Assembly (NCBI RefSeq): GCF_006345805.1
Contig: NW_021833714.1
Location: 5,381 to 69,380 of the forward strand
Source: Octopus sinensis
Taxonomy: Eukaryota
Direction: 5' to 3'
DNA length: 64,000 nucleotides
The translations under genes and the position numbers were made by a program. A model generated the notes under the pieces. It had not been told where the DNA came from. It made no database searches and saw only the letters and a list, made by a program, of their open reading frames with translations. Below are positions 13,401 through 26,131 of the stretch, piece by piece (positions within the stretch are counted from its first letter, which is position 1; the number at the start of each line of letters is the position of its first letter).

Positions 13401-13724
13401 CATATACATATGTGAATTTTATAATATATGCGTTTGTGTATGTGTGTGTGTATATATGTGAGTGAGAGGGAGAGACCATGTGATTAATAACAGTACAACA
13501 TAAAAATTAAGGACAATGGCTATGATGCACTCAATAATAGATAGAAGATGAAAATAATTTAGAAATGTAAGTATAACACCGAATTAATTGAAGAATTTAA
13601 ACATAGTTTCATCTCTCTAATTCTCTGATGTGGTGCTTTACAACATGTCTGTTTTTTCAAGCGGGTTGCCAAAAACCTAATCTTTCACTCCAAAACTCCT
13701 CTTTCCAAAAACTACTCTGTCCGA

Positions 13725-14575
13725 AAACTACTCTTTCACTCCAAACGTTTCTGTATCCGATGACATTTTGAGGCCTTCTGTTAGTGACTCGACATCACTT
13801 GAGAGCTGATCAATGTATGCTATTTGGCGTCGTCCAACATGAGAATTCGCTGAAAGACCTCACCCACATGAGAGTTCCCAGAGAAAGAGCTCACCCATAA
13901 ATTCCCTTTTGCTTCGATAGCAGTGTCCAGCAAACCTTGTCCTCCGCCCCATCGAATGATTGATAAATATGTTGGGGATATTTCCAAAAGACTCTTCTTT
14001 CTTTTGATGTTGTTTCCATGATTTGACAAGAACAAGTGAAAACGTACATGTATTTGTACCATCAAGCTTGCTTTATATCCTTTTTTACCAGAACCCATAC
14101 TGATAAAAGCGTGGAGGCGCAATGGCCCAGTGGTTAGGGCAGCGGACTCGCGGTCATAGGATCGCGGTTTCGATTCCCAGACCGGGCGTTGTGAGTGTTT
14201 ATTGAGCGAAAACACCTAAAGCTTCACGCGGCTCCGGCAGGGGATGGTGGTGATCCCTGCTGTACTCTTTCACCACAACTTTCTCTCACTCTTACTTCCT
14301 GTTTCTGTTGTACCTGTATTTCAAAGGGCCGGCCTTGTCACTCTCTGTGTCACGCTGAATCACCCCGAGAACTACGTTGAGGGTACACGTGTCTGTGGAG
14401 TGCTCAGCCACTTACACGTTAATTTCACGAGCAGGCTGCTCCGTTGATTCGGATCAACCGGAACCCTCGTCGTCGTAACCGACGGAGTGCTTCCACGCTG
14501 ATAAAAGTGTAAAAAAAGAACTGATTCTACAATGGCTCTGTAGAGTTCCCGTTTGTCTCTCAATCCCTTTCGGTC
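13725..14575 (-). mobile_element. Degenerate RTE-clade LINE 3' fragment, split by a SINE
   Basis: Minus-strand translation gives YRAIVESVL, KLDGT, KSWKQH..FGNIPNI, RRTRFAGHCYRSK, LFLWE and YIDQL, the typical RTE C-terminal region; stops and frameshifts present. Confidence 0.8.
14110..14497 (+). mobile_element. tRNA-derived SINE, family C, full length with 10-bp TSD
   Basis: tRNA-like head GGAGGCGCAATGGCCCAGTGGTTAGGGCAGCGG...GGTTTCGATTCCC; CTGATAAAAG at 14100-14109 and 14498-14507; close match to 41319-41704. Confidence 0.9.
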
Positions 14576-14910
14576 CCGACGAAAAACTGTCTTGATTTCA
14601 GATTCGATTTAATTACACAACATCGTACTGTGTATTTTAGCAAAATATACTCGTGCAAAATGCGCGGCGCTTAATGCTTATCATGATCTATATTCGCAAA
14701 GACGCATTATACTCGAGCGCAATCCAAGAGCACAGGCGTTGAATGAATTAATGAGTTTTATTGCAAAATCAAGTGCGATGAGCTTTATATTTGAGAATAC
14801 ATTGTACTCGAGAAGGAAAAGGCAACACGTATGTGTGTGTGTGTGTGTGTCTATATGTGCGCCAGTATGTGAGTTTGCGTGCATATAATATATGTGTGTG
14901 TGTGTGCGTG

Positions 14911-14943
<33 letters not shown>

Positions 14944-15089
14944 CTGCGCACGCATATATGGGTCTTTGTGCGTGTGTGCATTTATCTGTATTTATATTTG
15001 CCACGCTATATGTGTCTATATATATATATAATATACATATACGTGTATGTATGTGTATATACACATATATATATGCATATATATGTATA

Positions 15090-15124
<35 letters not shown>

Positions 15125-15562
15125 ATATAATATATATATATATATACAGATGTATATATATATATATAGATGTATATATATATATATAGATAGATAGATG
15201 TATATATATATATACACAAATATATAATTTATATACATATACATATATGTGTGTATGGATGTATACTTGAGAATAATCATTTCAGATATGAACAAAAGAT
15301 TGTTATACTTCTGTGTGTGTGTGTGTTTGTATGAAAATATATATATATTTATATGTGATATATGTCATATGTGTATGAACAAATATTATATACATACACA
15401 CATGCACAATCTTACACACGGACAAGGCGGATATACATATCAATACAGCTGTCCAAACATACACATTCCATATATACATATATATGTATGTATGTGTGTT
15501 TATACATATATATATAAGAATATGTATATATACGTTATATATGGAATATATATATATATATC

Positions 15563-15608
<46 letters not shown>

Positions 15609-16198
15609 CATATATATGTACATGTATGTACGTATGTATGTATGTATGTATGTATATTCATATATTCATTTCGAATATGAACAAAAGATTATTATAATAT
15701 CTGTATATTATTTGTAACGTAAACTTGGGATAATGGCCGGGGCAAATATAGGAAGACTTAAACGATATTGGATGAATAACAGCTTTATAATCTAACACTT
15801 TGAATGATATGCTTTCGACATACTATAGCACGAAATATCCACTAAATATATCAAGTTAGGAGAAAGAAAATATAAAGGAATTGGTTGGTGATGCTTATGG
15901 AAATAAACGAAGCTATGGTGATGGTATGGACATTGTTTATGTTGAATTGTAGTACGATATGGTATGCGTCATAAGTCGCTAGCTTCTCATAAAAGATATT
16001 AGTATGCGAAGATTTTGTCAAGAGACAATGTTTTATGGGAATACGCATACATTCGTATACACCCCTGCTTGTTTGTGTGTGTGTTTGTGACGACGCGTAT
16101 CTTAGTGCTTAGGGCATTCGGATTACAATCGTAAGGTCGTGAGTTCGATACTCGATATAGCGATTTCAGATTACTTCTCATTGAGATTATCCCCCAGG

Positions 16199-18359
16199 TA
16201 ACCTGAAATCGTTTTCAAGTTACCCACTGCAATTTCAGATTCCACCACTCCAAATGTTCGTCATCGTGAGAGCAAATAGGGAGGTAATGGGTGAACCCAT
16301 TAAATATATGTGTTCATGTTTATTATGTGTATCAATGCGTAATGAGAATTTGTAAATGAAGGAGGAAAAGTCAGAGCTTACATTTAATTGGAGATTTCAC
16401 ATAGTTACTTTAAGCTGAAGAAATTTCAAAGAAGCATTTCTAGTAAGGCTATTTTTAGTACACAAGACAAAGCCGACAGCATTGATTTGATATTTGATTA
16501 TGTTGTTAACAACAAATATGGACCTCATATGTCCAAAAACAAAAAGGCAAACTTACGTAGGCTCTCTAAGAATTATATTGCACAGAGTGTTCAAGTCTGC
16601 TATCGTGACAGAGCAGAGGGAATAAGAAATTCTGAAAATGAATACCGAGAAGTCTTGGTCATTCGCAAACAGAAGAGTATTATTGCAAGTATTCACATGG
16701 GCTGTGAAGATAGTGATACTGCCCGCTGGTTGGGAAGTCGTCTTGGTGTCGACAGAACAAGGGCTAAAATTTTAGAGAAGTTTTATTAGGAAAATGTGGG
16801 CAAAGACACGAAAGAGTTCGTTCTATCTTGTGATCGGTGTCAAAAAGTGAACCCTGTTCACAAAATTAATGTTGGAGAGCTTCATCCTGTCCTGGTGCCA
16901 AGTGAAGTGATAGTGCGAATTGGTGTCGATATCACCAATTTGCCGAAAACAGATGATGGTTATTGTTGCATTGTTGTTGCAACGGATTACTTTTCCGAAT
17001 GGCCTGAGACTCGACCTTTTGAAAAAATCGCACAGCGGAAAATGTGGGAATGTTTCTCTTTGATGATATTATTTGTTGGCATGGCTATATAAAAATTCAG
17101 ATAAATGACCAAGGAAGCGAATTCGTAAACAGAGTGTCTGAAGAACCACGTAAACTGACAGGACCACAGCAGCACTTAACAAGTGTTTATCACCCTCAAG
17201 CAAATGGCCTCGGGAAGCGACAGAATTGCCCTATAACAGATGCTTTTATCAAAATCCCTTGAGGACCGTGGTAACTAGGTTGAATGCTTATCAGCAGTTC
17301 TGTTTGCGTATCGAACAGCCAAACATTCTTCAACATATTTTATCCCATTTCAAATTCTATACAACAGGCAAACTACACTTCCAGTTCAACTACAGCACAA
17401 CTCAAATGCCAAAGATCGGGACACTTTGGGGAATGATTAATTTATATCCAGAAAAAATTGATGTTATGATAGCTATTCGGGAAAGTTTGATTTCTCGAGT
17501 TGCTTCCAATATTAGAATAGATCAGTCCGTTCAAAAAGAACAATGTGATAGAAAACACGAGCAACAGTATTGGGAATAATGTTCTGCTTAAAAACCTAAT
17601 CCGAGAGGACAGAGAAGAGGGACATTTTACGGTACGCCGTACAAGTCCTTACATTGTTGCAGAAGTTTGTGGCAAAAATACCTATCGACTTTCAAATAAC
17701 AATAAGGTACTAGGAAAGAAAGTAAACGTTACCAACCTTATTTGATATATAGTGCAACCACCAGCAAGTAAAAAACAAACGAAGAACCAATTACGAAAAT
17801 CAAGACACCCAAGCTCCAAAAAACAAGACAAAACTGCAGTGATATTTTAATTTATTTAAATACATTTCGCTACCAGTTTAAAGTGTATAGCTAAATGTCG
17901 GTTTGTATATAAAACACATGTCGTTCTTCAAATCAATATTATATCAATCGTTACATTCTGTCAACTCAACTCAGTCTACTATAAACAACACCTGTCTGCT
18001 ACATATCTATAGAAGAAAAGTACTTTCCAAATCACTTTCTCATAAACAAAAAAAATGTTTTTATTTTTTAAAACATACAAACAGAGAATCTCTGATATGC
18101 GACATGTGTTTTTTCAGTACATCATAAAAGGGTTTTTTTAAAAATCTAATATATTTATCTTATTTTTATATCTTATATATTTTACAATCTTGAATGTAAA
18201 TATAAATATAAATATTATATTTTATAATCTTGAATGTAATCCGTGTTTAATGTTATAAAAACATTAGGAGTTGTAAGTCTTATAATTTATTATTTTAGCA
18301 AAACCATTGTGGTTGTAAGGTGACCAGCGCAGGAGTAATTTGAAATCGGTTTCAGGTTA
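16199..18359 (+). mobile_element. Ginger-type (Gypsy-integrase-like) DNA transposon, decayed
   Basis: Imperfect 25-bp inverted repeats (16199-16223 vs 18335-18359, 22/25) bracket an integrase-only coding region; no gag, RT or LTR; no TSD recognised. Confidence 0.7.
16480..17745 (+). pseudogene. Integrase/transposase pseudogene (Zn-binding, DDE core, GPY/F-like module)
   Basis: LGVDRTRAKILEKFY*..CDRCQK, IGVDITNLPKTDDGYCCIVVATDYFS, INDQGSEFVN, YHPQANGL, AVLFAYRTAKHSST and SPYIVAEVCGKNTYRL lie across several frames with stops. Confidence 0.85.
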
Positions 18360-18638
18360 AGTCCCACACCGCCCCGGTAATCACTACACTTTCTGCAACT
18401 TTTCGTAGGCCTCTGAACAGATATTGCCATGACAATGAGACGATCACACGCTAGACACGTTCCTTCCAAGCACTACTGTCAACAGCAGAAGTGAGCTGCA
18501 ACGTTAAAACTTAGTTTGCATGCACAGCTGAGTTCAAGGTCAATCTGTACCCAAGCATCTATATTCTGCATGCTTTAGCTTCTTTACTATGGCTACAGTC
18601 CGGATACTTATTGATCAAACCTCGTATATATATATGTA

Positions 18639-18704
<66 letters not shown>

Positions 18705-19756
18705 TCAGTTAAAGTAGCACAGACGCACACACAAATGCGCTCACATATATGCATACATCGACATATGCATAGCCACACGCTTTCTCTCTATCAAATTTAC
18801 TCATATAGCACTGGTCTGCTCAGGGCTATTAATAGAAGACACTTGCCCAAGGTGCCGTGCAATGGAACTGAACCAGAAACCACGTGGTTACAAAACGAGC
18901 TTCTTTATCACAGAGTCATTTATGCATGTATATGTACACACACATACACACACACAGACATGCATGCATACATACATTAATATCTACATGTGTATGTATA
19001 TATTTCTCTTTATGATTCAATTTAATTAGAGCATTAAACTAATTACTGTTATAATTAAGGTCAAAGAAAATCCTCCATATTTCGCTTTCTTCTACAACTG
19101 CTAATTTACATAATTTATGGAAATTAGTTACACTGTATGCATGATGTCGTCGGCAAATCACGTTCTCTTACATTCAGATTAAATATTATTTAAATATTCA
19201 CACACAAGCTTAATATAATTTTAAATCACTCAGACCTGCGATTCAAATATTGATCAATCATTTAGTCACTCATATTTGATTTGGTAAACATTATTCTCTA
19301 ACTGGTGGCATTCTAAGCACACTGACCGTTCAACAGAACTTTGTTTGTGCATTCAATTTATTCTGTGTTAAAGGCTGAGATACCAGACCTGACGACACAC
19401 TTCTAGTTTTGACCTTTAACCAAAACGAGATTTTAACTTAAATGAATAAATAAACGCTGCTTCCGGTGTTGTTTACGTCATGAAACTTTCGTGAGATATG
19501 AAGTAAATTGTTTTTAACGGCGAATCTCTCGAAGATTCTAGTTATTATGGCATAAACAGCATACAGATCTCGCTGGTAAGAACAAAGCTTCTAAGATGGA
19601 TGGAAAATAATTTGAATTGTTTCTTTGGTATACTGGTAGCACATCTGTCACGTCCACAGAAGATGTGGGTTCGAGACTTCCATACAGCCTTCGACTTACC
19701 CTCACCATCTAATGAGATTTTAACCCAATCTTCTGCATGACATTATTTATAGCTTC

Positions 19757-21595
19757 AAAGGTCGACTTTGCCTTCCATCCTTTCCGGATCGATAAATTAA
19801 GTACATGTTGCGTACTGGGATCGATCTAATCGATTTCCCTTCCCCAAAATTTCAGGCCTTGTGCCTCTAGTAGAAAAGATTATTTGTGGCTTCAAAGGTG
19901 GCGAGCTGGCAGAATCGTTAGCACACTGGGGAAAATGCTTAGCGGCATTTCGTCCGTCTTCACGTTCTGAGTTCAAATTCCACCGAGGATCGCTTTGCCT
20001 TTCATCCTTTGGGGTCGGTAAAATAAGTACCAGTGAAACACTGGGGTCGACTTATACCCTTCCTCGAAATTACTGGCCTTGTGCCAAAATTTGAAAACGC
20101 TATTTATAGCTTTAACTAAGACGGCGAGCTGGCAGAATCGTTACCGCACTGAAAAAAAAGTGCTTAGCAGCATTTCTTCCGACTCGGCGTCCTGAGTTCA
20201 AATACGACCGGAGTCGATTTTGCCTTTCAGCCTTTCTGGGTCAATAAAATGAGTAACACTGGAGCACTGGAATCGATGTAATCGACTTACGCCATCCCCT
20301 GAAATTGCTGGCCTTGTGCCAAAATTCGAAGTCATTATTTGTAGCTTCATCTACTTCGAGTCCTTCGACCAATCTATATATTGAAAGAATGTTTGATTCG
20401 TTTCTTCACCCACAATGGTTATGCGCCTCAGTCGTGCGATGGATTGAATTACATCTCATTTTCATAATAGGCAAGTAGTTGAATATTCTTAGCATAGATG
20501 TACCAATGACGTAATTCTCAAATTCAATCAGCGGGATGCTGTGTGCGACAGGGCTGGAAATATGAACTACGATATGAATCTACTCGATGAGCTTCTACAC
20601 GGTTTCAAATCCCACCGAGGCTAACTTTTTGTGATTGGAAAAAGAAAGCGCATCGAACCAAGACGAGGGAAAGACAGAACTGTTAGAATGTCAAGGTGAG
20701 TGCCCTGCGGTATTTGTCCGGCTTTTGGTTATCTGGGAGTAACGCCTGCGGTGACCTTGGTACTAAGCTGTATTAGTCCTTGATTTGTCTTACTTTGGTG
20801 CTTCGTTTGCTTTATTTTGCCTATGACAATACCAGTGATATCAGAGGGGTGATTCAAATTGATGGGAAGCTGCTGAATTTCCGCAATAATAAACTTTATT
20901 TTAATCACGTGCATGCACGTACAGATATATTGTCAACCAGGAGTGACGAAGATCTTTGATGAAGCTAGTAATATTTTCTTGAAACCTGTGTACGAGCCAA
21001 TGAGGGAGTCTCTACGTGTGTACCAATAATATTTACATGAAATCAAGGCAGCAAGCTGGCAGAAACGTTACCGCGCCGCGAGAATTGCTTAGCGGCATTT
21101 CTTCCAAATATATGTTCTGAATTCAAATTCCGTCAAGATCGACTTTGCCTTTCATCCTTTCGGGTTCGATAAGATACGTATCGGCGGCGAGCTGGCAGAA
21201 TCGTTAGCACGCCGGACGAAATGCTTAGCGGTATTTCGTCTGCCGCTACGTTCTGAGTTCAAATTCCGCCGAGGTCGACTTTGCCTTTCATCCTTTCGGG
21301 GTCGATAAATTAAGTACCAGTTACGCACTGAGGTCGATATAATCGACTTAATTCCTTTGTCTGTCCTTGTTTGTCCTCTCTGTGTTTAGCCCCTTGTGGT
21401 AATAAAGAAATAGGCATTTCGTCTGCTGCTACGTTCTAAGTTCTAATTCCGCCGAGGTCGACTTTGCTTTTCATCCTTTTGGGGTCGATAAATTAAATAC
21501 CAGTTACGCACTGGAGTCGATGTAATCGACTTAATCCCTTCGTCTGTCCTTGTTTCTTCTCTCTATGTTTAGCCCCTTGTGGGCAATAAAGAAAT
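19757..21595 (+). mobile_element. Cluster of about six SINE-A copies/fragments, all + strand
   Basis: Core GTCGACTTTGCCTTTCATCCTTT or close variants recur near 19760, 19990, 20215, 21140, 21275 and 21455; best copy 21183-21412. Confidence 0.85.
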
Positions 21596-22602
21596 ATGAT
21601 AAGTATCAGTTGATTATTTGGGTCGATGTAATCGGATTATCTCTTTCTCCGAGATTGCTGGCCTAGTGCCAAAATTTGAAACCAGTATTTACATGAAACC
21701 TAGTCCCGATCCAATGAAGAAGCTTTTACACAGTTACCAGAAACATTAACGTGAAACCAAGATTGATCCAGTATGGAGGGGTCCAGTAATATTCACATGA
21801 AAGCCCGGTAAGAACCAGTAACGAAGTTTTAACGTGGTTACTCAAACAGCTTCAGAAATAACAGCCAAATCTCCCCAAAAATCACAGCGTATCAATTTTA
21901 GAAAATAAGAAAGCATTGGTGAGGTCCACCGACGCTAAACTTTGAAAACGATAGGGTGGTCGCAGTTGGAAATCCTTTGATCAAGAGTCTGGTTGATTAC
22001 AACTGAAAGGAACTAAATAACATGAAACCGTTACAGGGTTTAAACCCCAGATACAATTCGAAATACTTTTAAATATCTGGGGTGACGATGTTGGCGGCGT
22101 TTATGCCAGTTCCAAAGTTAATATGCTCTGGATATCCTATAATTGTTAGCCTCCATTCTTGGTAAAAAAAAATATTAATTAATAACTAATCGCCATTGCT
22201 TAATTAATCATCTTTATTTTTTAATTTCTTCCAATTATACTTAAAATCGATTATCAAAATCCATTGATCTCGAAGCAGAATAATTTGAACGATTTGATTA
22301 ATTCATGAATTAAATTACAACTAATTAAAAATATAATGTTAATGTTCTCTTTTACATTCTGATTGCATTAATAAGAACATTATATTCCAAGAAAAACTGC
22401 GTTAATAATTTTAGTTTTATTCTATTGATTGGTTCCTAGTTTGGTATCTTGTTTTTTATTTTACGTCAAATCGAGAAAAGTATTCTAGAAATCCTCACTA
22501 CATTCGTATATTTCACACAAACATAAGAGATGATGAGGTAAGATCAATGCTGTTGGTTTCCATACTAGACATAGCAAAAACATCTCCCTCAATTGGCTCA
22601 CC

Positions 22603-23689
22603 AAGAGAATCTTTTCTGCTCTAGGCCCGAAATTTTGGGGCTGAAATTTGGGGGTGATGGAAATTTGGGGTGATTTGACCGACCCCAGCACGCAACTGGT
22701 ACTTCATTTATCGACCCCGAAAGGGTGAAAAGCAAAGTCAACCTCGGAGGAATTTGAACGTAAAGGCAAACGAAATACCTATTTCTTTACTGTCCATAAG
22801 GGGCTACACGCAGAGTGGACAAACAAAGACAGACAAACGGATTAAGTCGATTATATCGACCCCAGTGCGTAACTGGTACTTATTTAATCGACCTCGAAAG
22901 GATGAAAGGCAACATCGACCTCGCCGGAATTTTAACTCAGAACGTAGCGGCAGACGAAATACAGCTAAGCATTTCGCCCGGCGTGCTAACGTTTCTTATT
23001 TCTTTATTGCCCCCAAGGGGCTAAACAAAGAGGGGACAAACAAGGTCAGACAAACGAATAAAGACGATTATATCGACCCCAGTCCGAAACTGGTACTTAT
23101 TTAATCAACCCCGAAAGGATGAAAGGCAAAGTCGACCTCGGTGGAATTTGAACTCAGAACGTAGCGGCAGACGAAATACCACTAAGCATTTCGCCTGGCG
23201 TGCTAATGTTTCTGCCAGCTCGCCACCTTTGCTCACCAAGCGAATAAAAAGAGAATGTAATGTTGAACAGACAATGCAATTCTAGATATTCGAAAGAGGG
23301 GATGGTCATGAGTCAAGTGTCTTTATACATAACTATGCTTCATCAAAAATTATGCGCACATATATGTATAAATATATGTACATGTGTGTGTGTGTGTGCG
23401 CGCGCGCGCATACAGATACATGCGAATATCTGTTTCTTTATTGCCCACAAGGGGCTAAACATAGAGGGGACAAACAAGGACAGACAAACGGATTAAGTCG
23501 ATATCATCGACCCCAGTGCGTAACTAGTACTTAATTTATCGACCCCGAAAGGATGAAAGGCAAAGTCGACCTCGGCGGAATTTGAACTCAGAACGCAACG
23601 ACAGACGCAATACCGCTAAGCATTTCGCCCGGTGTGCTAACGCTTCTGCCAGCTCGCCGCCTTTCTGCCAGCTCGCCGCCTTACTTACT
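22603..23689 (-). mobile_element. Cluster of four SINE-A copies, all - strand; the last has an 11-bp TSD
   Basis: Copies at about 22603-22758, 22782-22990, 22997-23228 and 23431-23689; ATGCGAATATC at 23420-23430 and 23690-23700. Confidence 0.85.
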
Positions 23690-24284
23690 ATGCGAATATC
23701 GTTTACGATCTAGTGAGCCGGGATGTGCTAAAATTAAATGCATACATCATTATTTTCATCCTCACTACTTCGTGATCTTAATGTATAATGTATGTGTGTG
23801 TGTGTGTCTACGAGGTGGGGGTAATTGTCAGTGAGTATACATCTGCTCAAAACTATATGTGTGTGTGTGTATGCAGTGGGTTTCACACAGTTTCGATCTA
23901 CCAAATGCTTCCACAAAACGTTGGTTGGCCCAAAACTAAACTGGATGACATTTGACCAAGATCCCGCAGAGTGGGACCGAAGCCGAAACTACATGTTTGT
24001 AAGGTGAGTGTCGTAAGCACACAGCCGTACATGCACCTGTATCCCAACACTTTAATAACAGTTTTTTATTGAAAACGTGGTTAATGTAACGAATCGATAT
24101 TTAATAAAACGATGTATTGATTGCCTAATTTATTCAGAGATAAAAATTTTATAATATCAACTATCAATACTTCAAGTGCTTTCCATGGTAACATCAAGGG
24201 AACTCTTAGTAACGTAAGGGCTGTGGTGGGGTTGGTCCATTTCGAGCAGCACTTTATGCATTTAGTACGTTAGGGTCAGATGTA

Positions 24285-24498
24285 CGACGGGGTGATGAAA
24301 AGTTCCTGGTTTTGAGTTAAAGAAAATACAGGATGATCAGTTAATTGTGATTTTATTCAAGATATCCTCCTCTCAGATTCACACACAATGTAGCAGTCCT
24401 TCAGTTTTTTTAAGCCCTATAAAATAATTCGGAATGTTGGGCCTCCAGCCAGCCCTTTCTCGATACCCGTAAAGCCAGGAACTTTTCAGCACCCCTCG
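24285..24498. mobile_element. Tc1/mariner-type MITE with TA TSD
   Basis: TA|CGACGGGGTGATGAAAAGTTCCTGGTTT ... AAAGCCAGGAACTTTTCAGCACCCCTCG|TA; ~28-bp TIRs; no ORF. Confidence 0.85.
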
Positions 24499-24524
24499 TA
24501 TAACCCTTATGAGGTAATGAGGCC

Positions 24525-24789
24525 ATAATTGACACTCTATCGGTTATGGCAATGAGTGTTGCAGTTGTTCCAATCAAGGGAACAGCCTGCTCCTGAAATT
24601 AACGTGTAAGTAACAGAGCACATCACAGACACGTGTACCCTTAACATAGTTCTCAAGGAGATTCAGCGTGACACAAAATATGACTAAGCTGGACCTTTGA
24701 ATTACATGTACAACGCGCCGACAGGAATCGAACTCACGACATTAAGATAGTGAACCGAATACCTTAACCACTTAACCACACGCCTTCAC
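24525..24789 (-). mobile_element. tRNA-derived SINE with family-D-like head and family-C-like body/tail
   Basis: Minus-strand head GTGAAGGCGTGTGGTTAAGTGGTTAAGG; body GTTAAGGGTACACGTGTCTGTG...CACGTTAATTTC resembles SINE C. Confidence 0.6.
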
Positions 24790-24809
24790 CGGGAAGCATC
24801 TTGGAGGAA

Positions 24810-24970
24810 ACTTGGGTGGAGTGGCCTTGGTAGACCATGTAGGGAACATAGGGGCCTCGGTAGGCCTTGAGGGACCATGGTGGGGTATTAGTGGCCTCTT
24901 GGTTGGGTCTTGGTAGGCCTTCAGGGTCCATGGTGGGAAATTGGTGGCCCCTTGATGGGGCCTTGGGGGA
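24810..24970. repeat. G-rich ~53-bp imperfect tandem repeat
   Basis: GGTAGGCCTT(G/C)AGGG(A/T)CCATGGTGGG at 24859 and 24912, plus a degenerate partial unit upstream. Confidence 0.7.
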
Positions 24971-25738
24971 AAACCTCAAAGGTTGTTTCGGCTGGTGCAC
25001 ATTCTAGCTCCGCAAGATAATGACTTTGCAACGTCTACCTTGACGGTAACTCGAACTCGTATATATCTCGTAACTGACACCGACTCCAACTGAGAACTCG
25101 TACAACGACTCTACTACTACTCACCTCCTACAACAACTCTCTGTCTAACTTTATAGTGGCCTCTCGTACTTTGTCACGTGGGAAGGAGGACTACCATTTT
25201 CACTACAACAGAAATTTATTCCTCACATATCAACCATACGAATTACAGAAGCATGTAGAGAAATTAATCCAATAAATAATATTAGCACCAAGCATTTTGC
25301 ATAAATTTAGCCAGTTTGTTAGCATAAAATTTTATTATTCGATAACTAAATCTTTGCTCCAAAAAGGATTAGTTGCCACCAAGAATTATATTTCAATTTG
25401 ATTTATATTCCGGTAGTTCTTTGCTTTCTTTCGATAATAATTTGTAACTCACGAAAAATAATGCTAATTAGTTTGATGTACAGAAAAGAATTAAAGAAAT
25501 TTCTAAGCTTAACCATCTTGAATATTTTACGCTTATTGCATAATGAGTTGAACAAATTACAGTTTCGTTTGTTTCGAAATGGCGCCCTTATGGCAAGACG
25601 AAATATAGATGTCTACCCAACAGTTACATGTATTCATGAAATTTATCTCAGAGATATTTCAAGATTCACGTCTAACGATTACAGTTGACACAATTTTACA
25701 ATTTTATTTATTTTTCTGAATAATTGAGAATATTAGGC

Positions 25739-26131
25739 ACTAGCAGTATCGCCCGGCGTTGCTCGGGTTTGTTTCGACCCTTTAGAATTGGAATTTTTGA
25801 AAAGTAAAACTTTTGCATTATGTAGCTTGTTATTCTCTTTAAGTGGACATTTTTCTGGTTGAAATACACCGAAAAATGGTGGCACAGCAGTCAAAAAGTC
25901 GTAAAAAATAGGGATTTTCATAGAAAAAAAGTACCTTTTTAATGTAAATACTTATTGGTGCTAACATGGTCCGATTTGAATGTTATCTTCTACGGAATGA
26001 AGAGCAACCCTTCTTCTATCATAACTCTCAATGTTGGTCAACTTGCGCCGCAGGATCTCGGAGGAGATAGTGTTAGTTGAAGGCTACCAAACCTGCCGTA
26101 CACAGACAACTTCAGCTTTATATGTATATAT
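25739..26131 (+). mobile_element. Non-autonomous Helitron/Helentron-associated (HINE-like) element
   Basis: 5' ACTAGCAGTATCGCCCGGCGTTGCTCGGG with a subterminal hairpin; 3' ACAGACAACTTCAGCTTTATATGTATA; termini resemble this class (recognised from memory). Confidence 0.55.

Noticed and set aside
16100-16160. tRNA genes at SINE heads (also 1960-2030, 39594-39660, 46870-46945, 48145-48215)
   Set aside because: Only A/B-box-like segments are present; there is no complete cloverleaf or acceptor stem, and most run into SINE bodies
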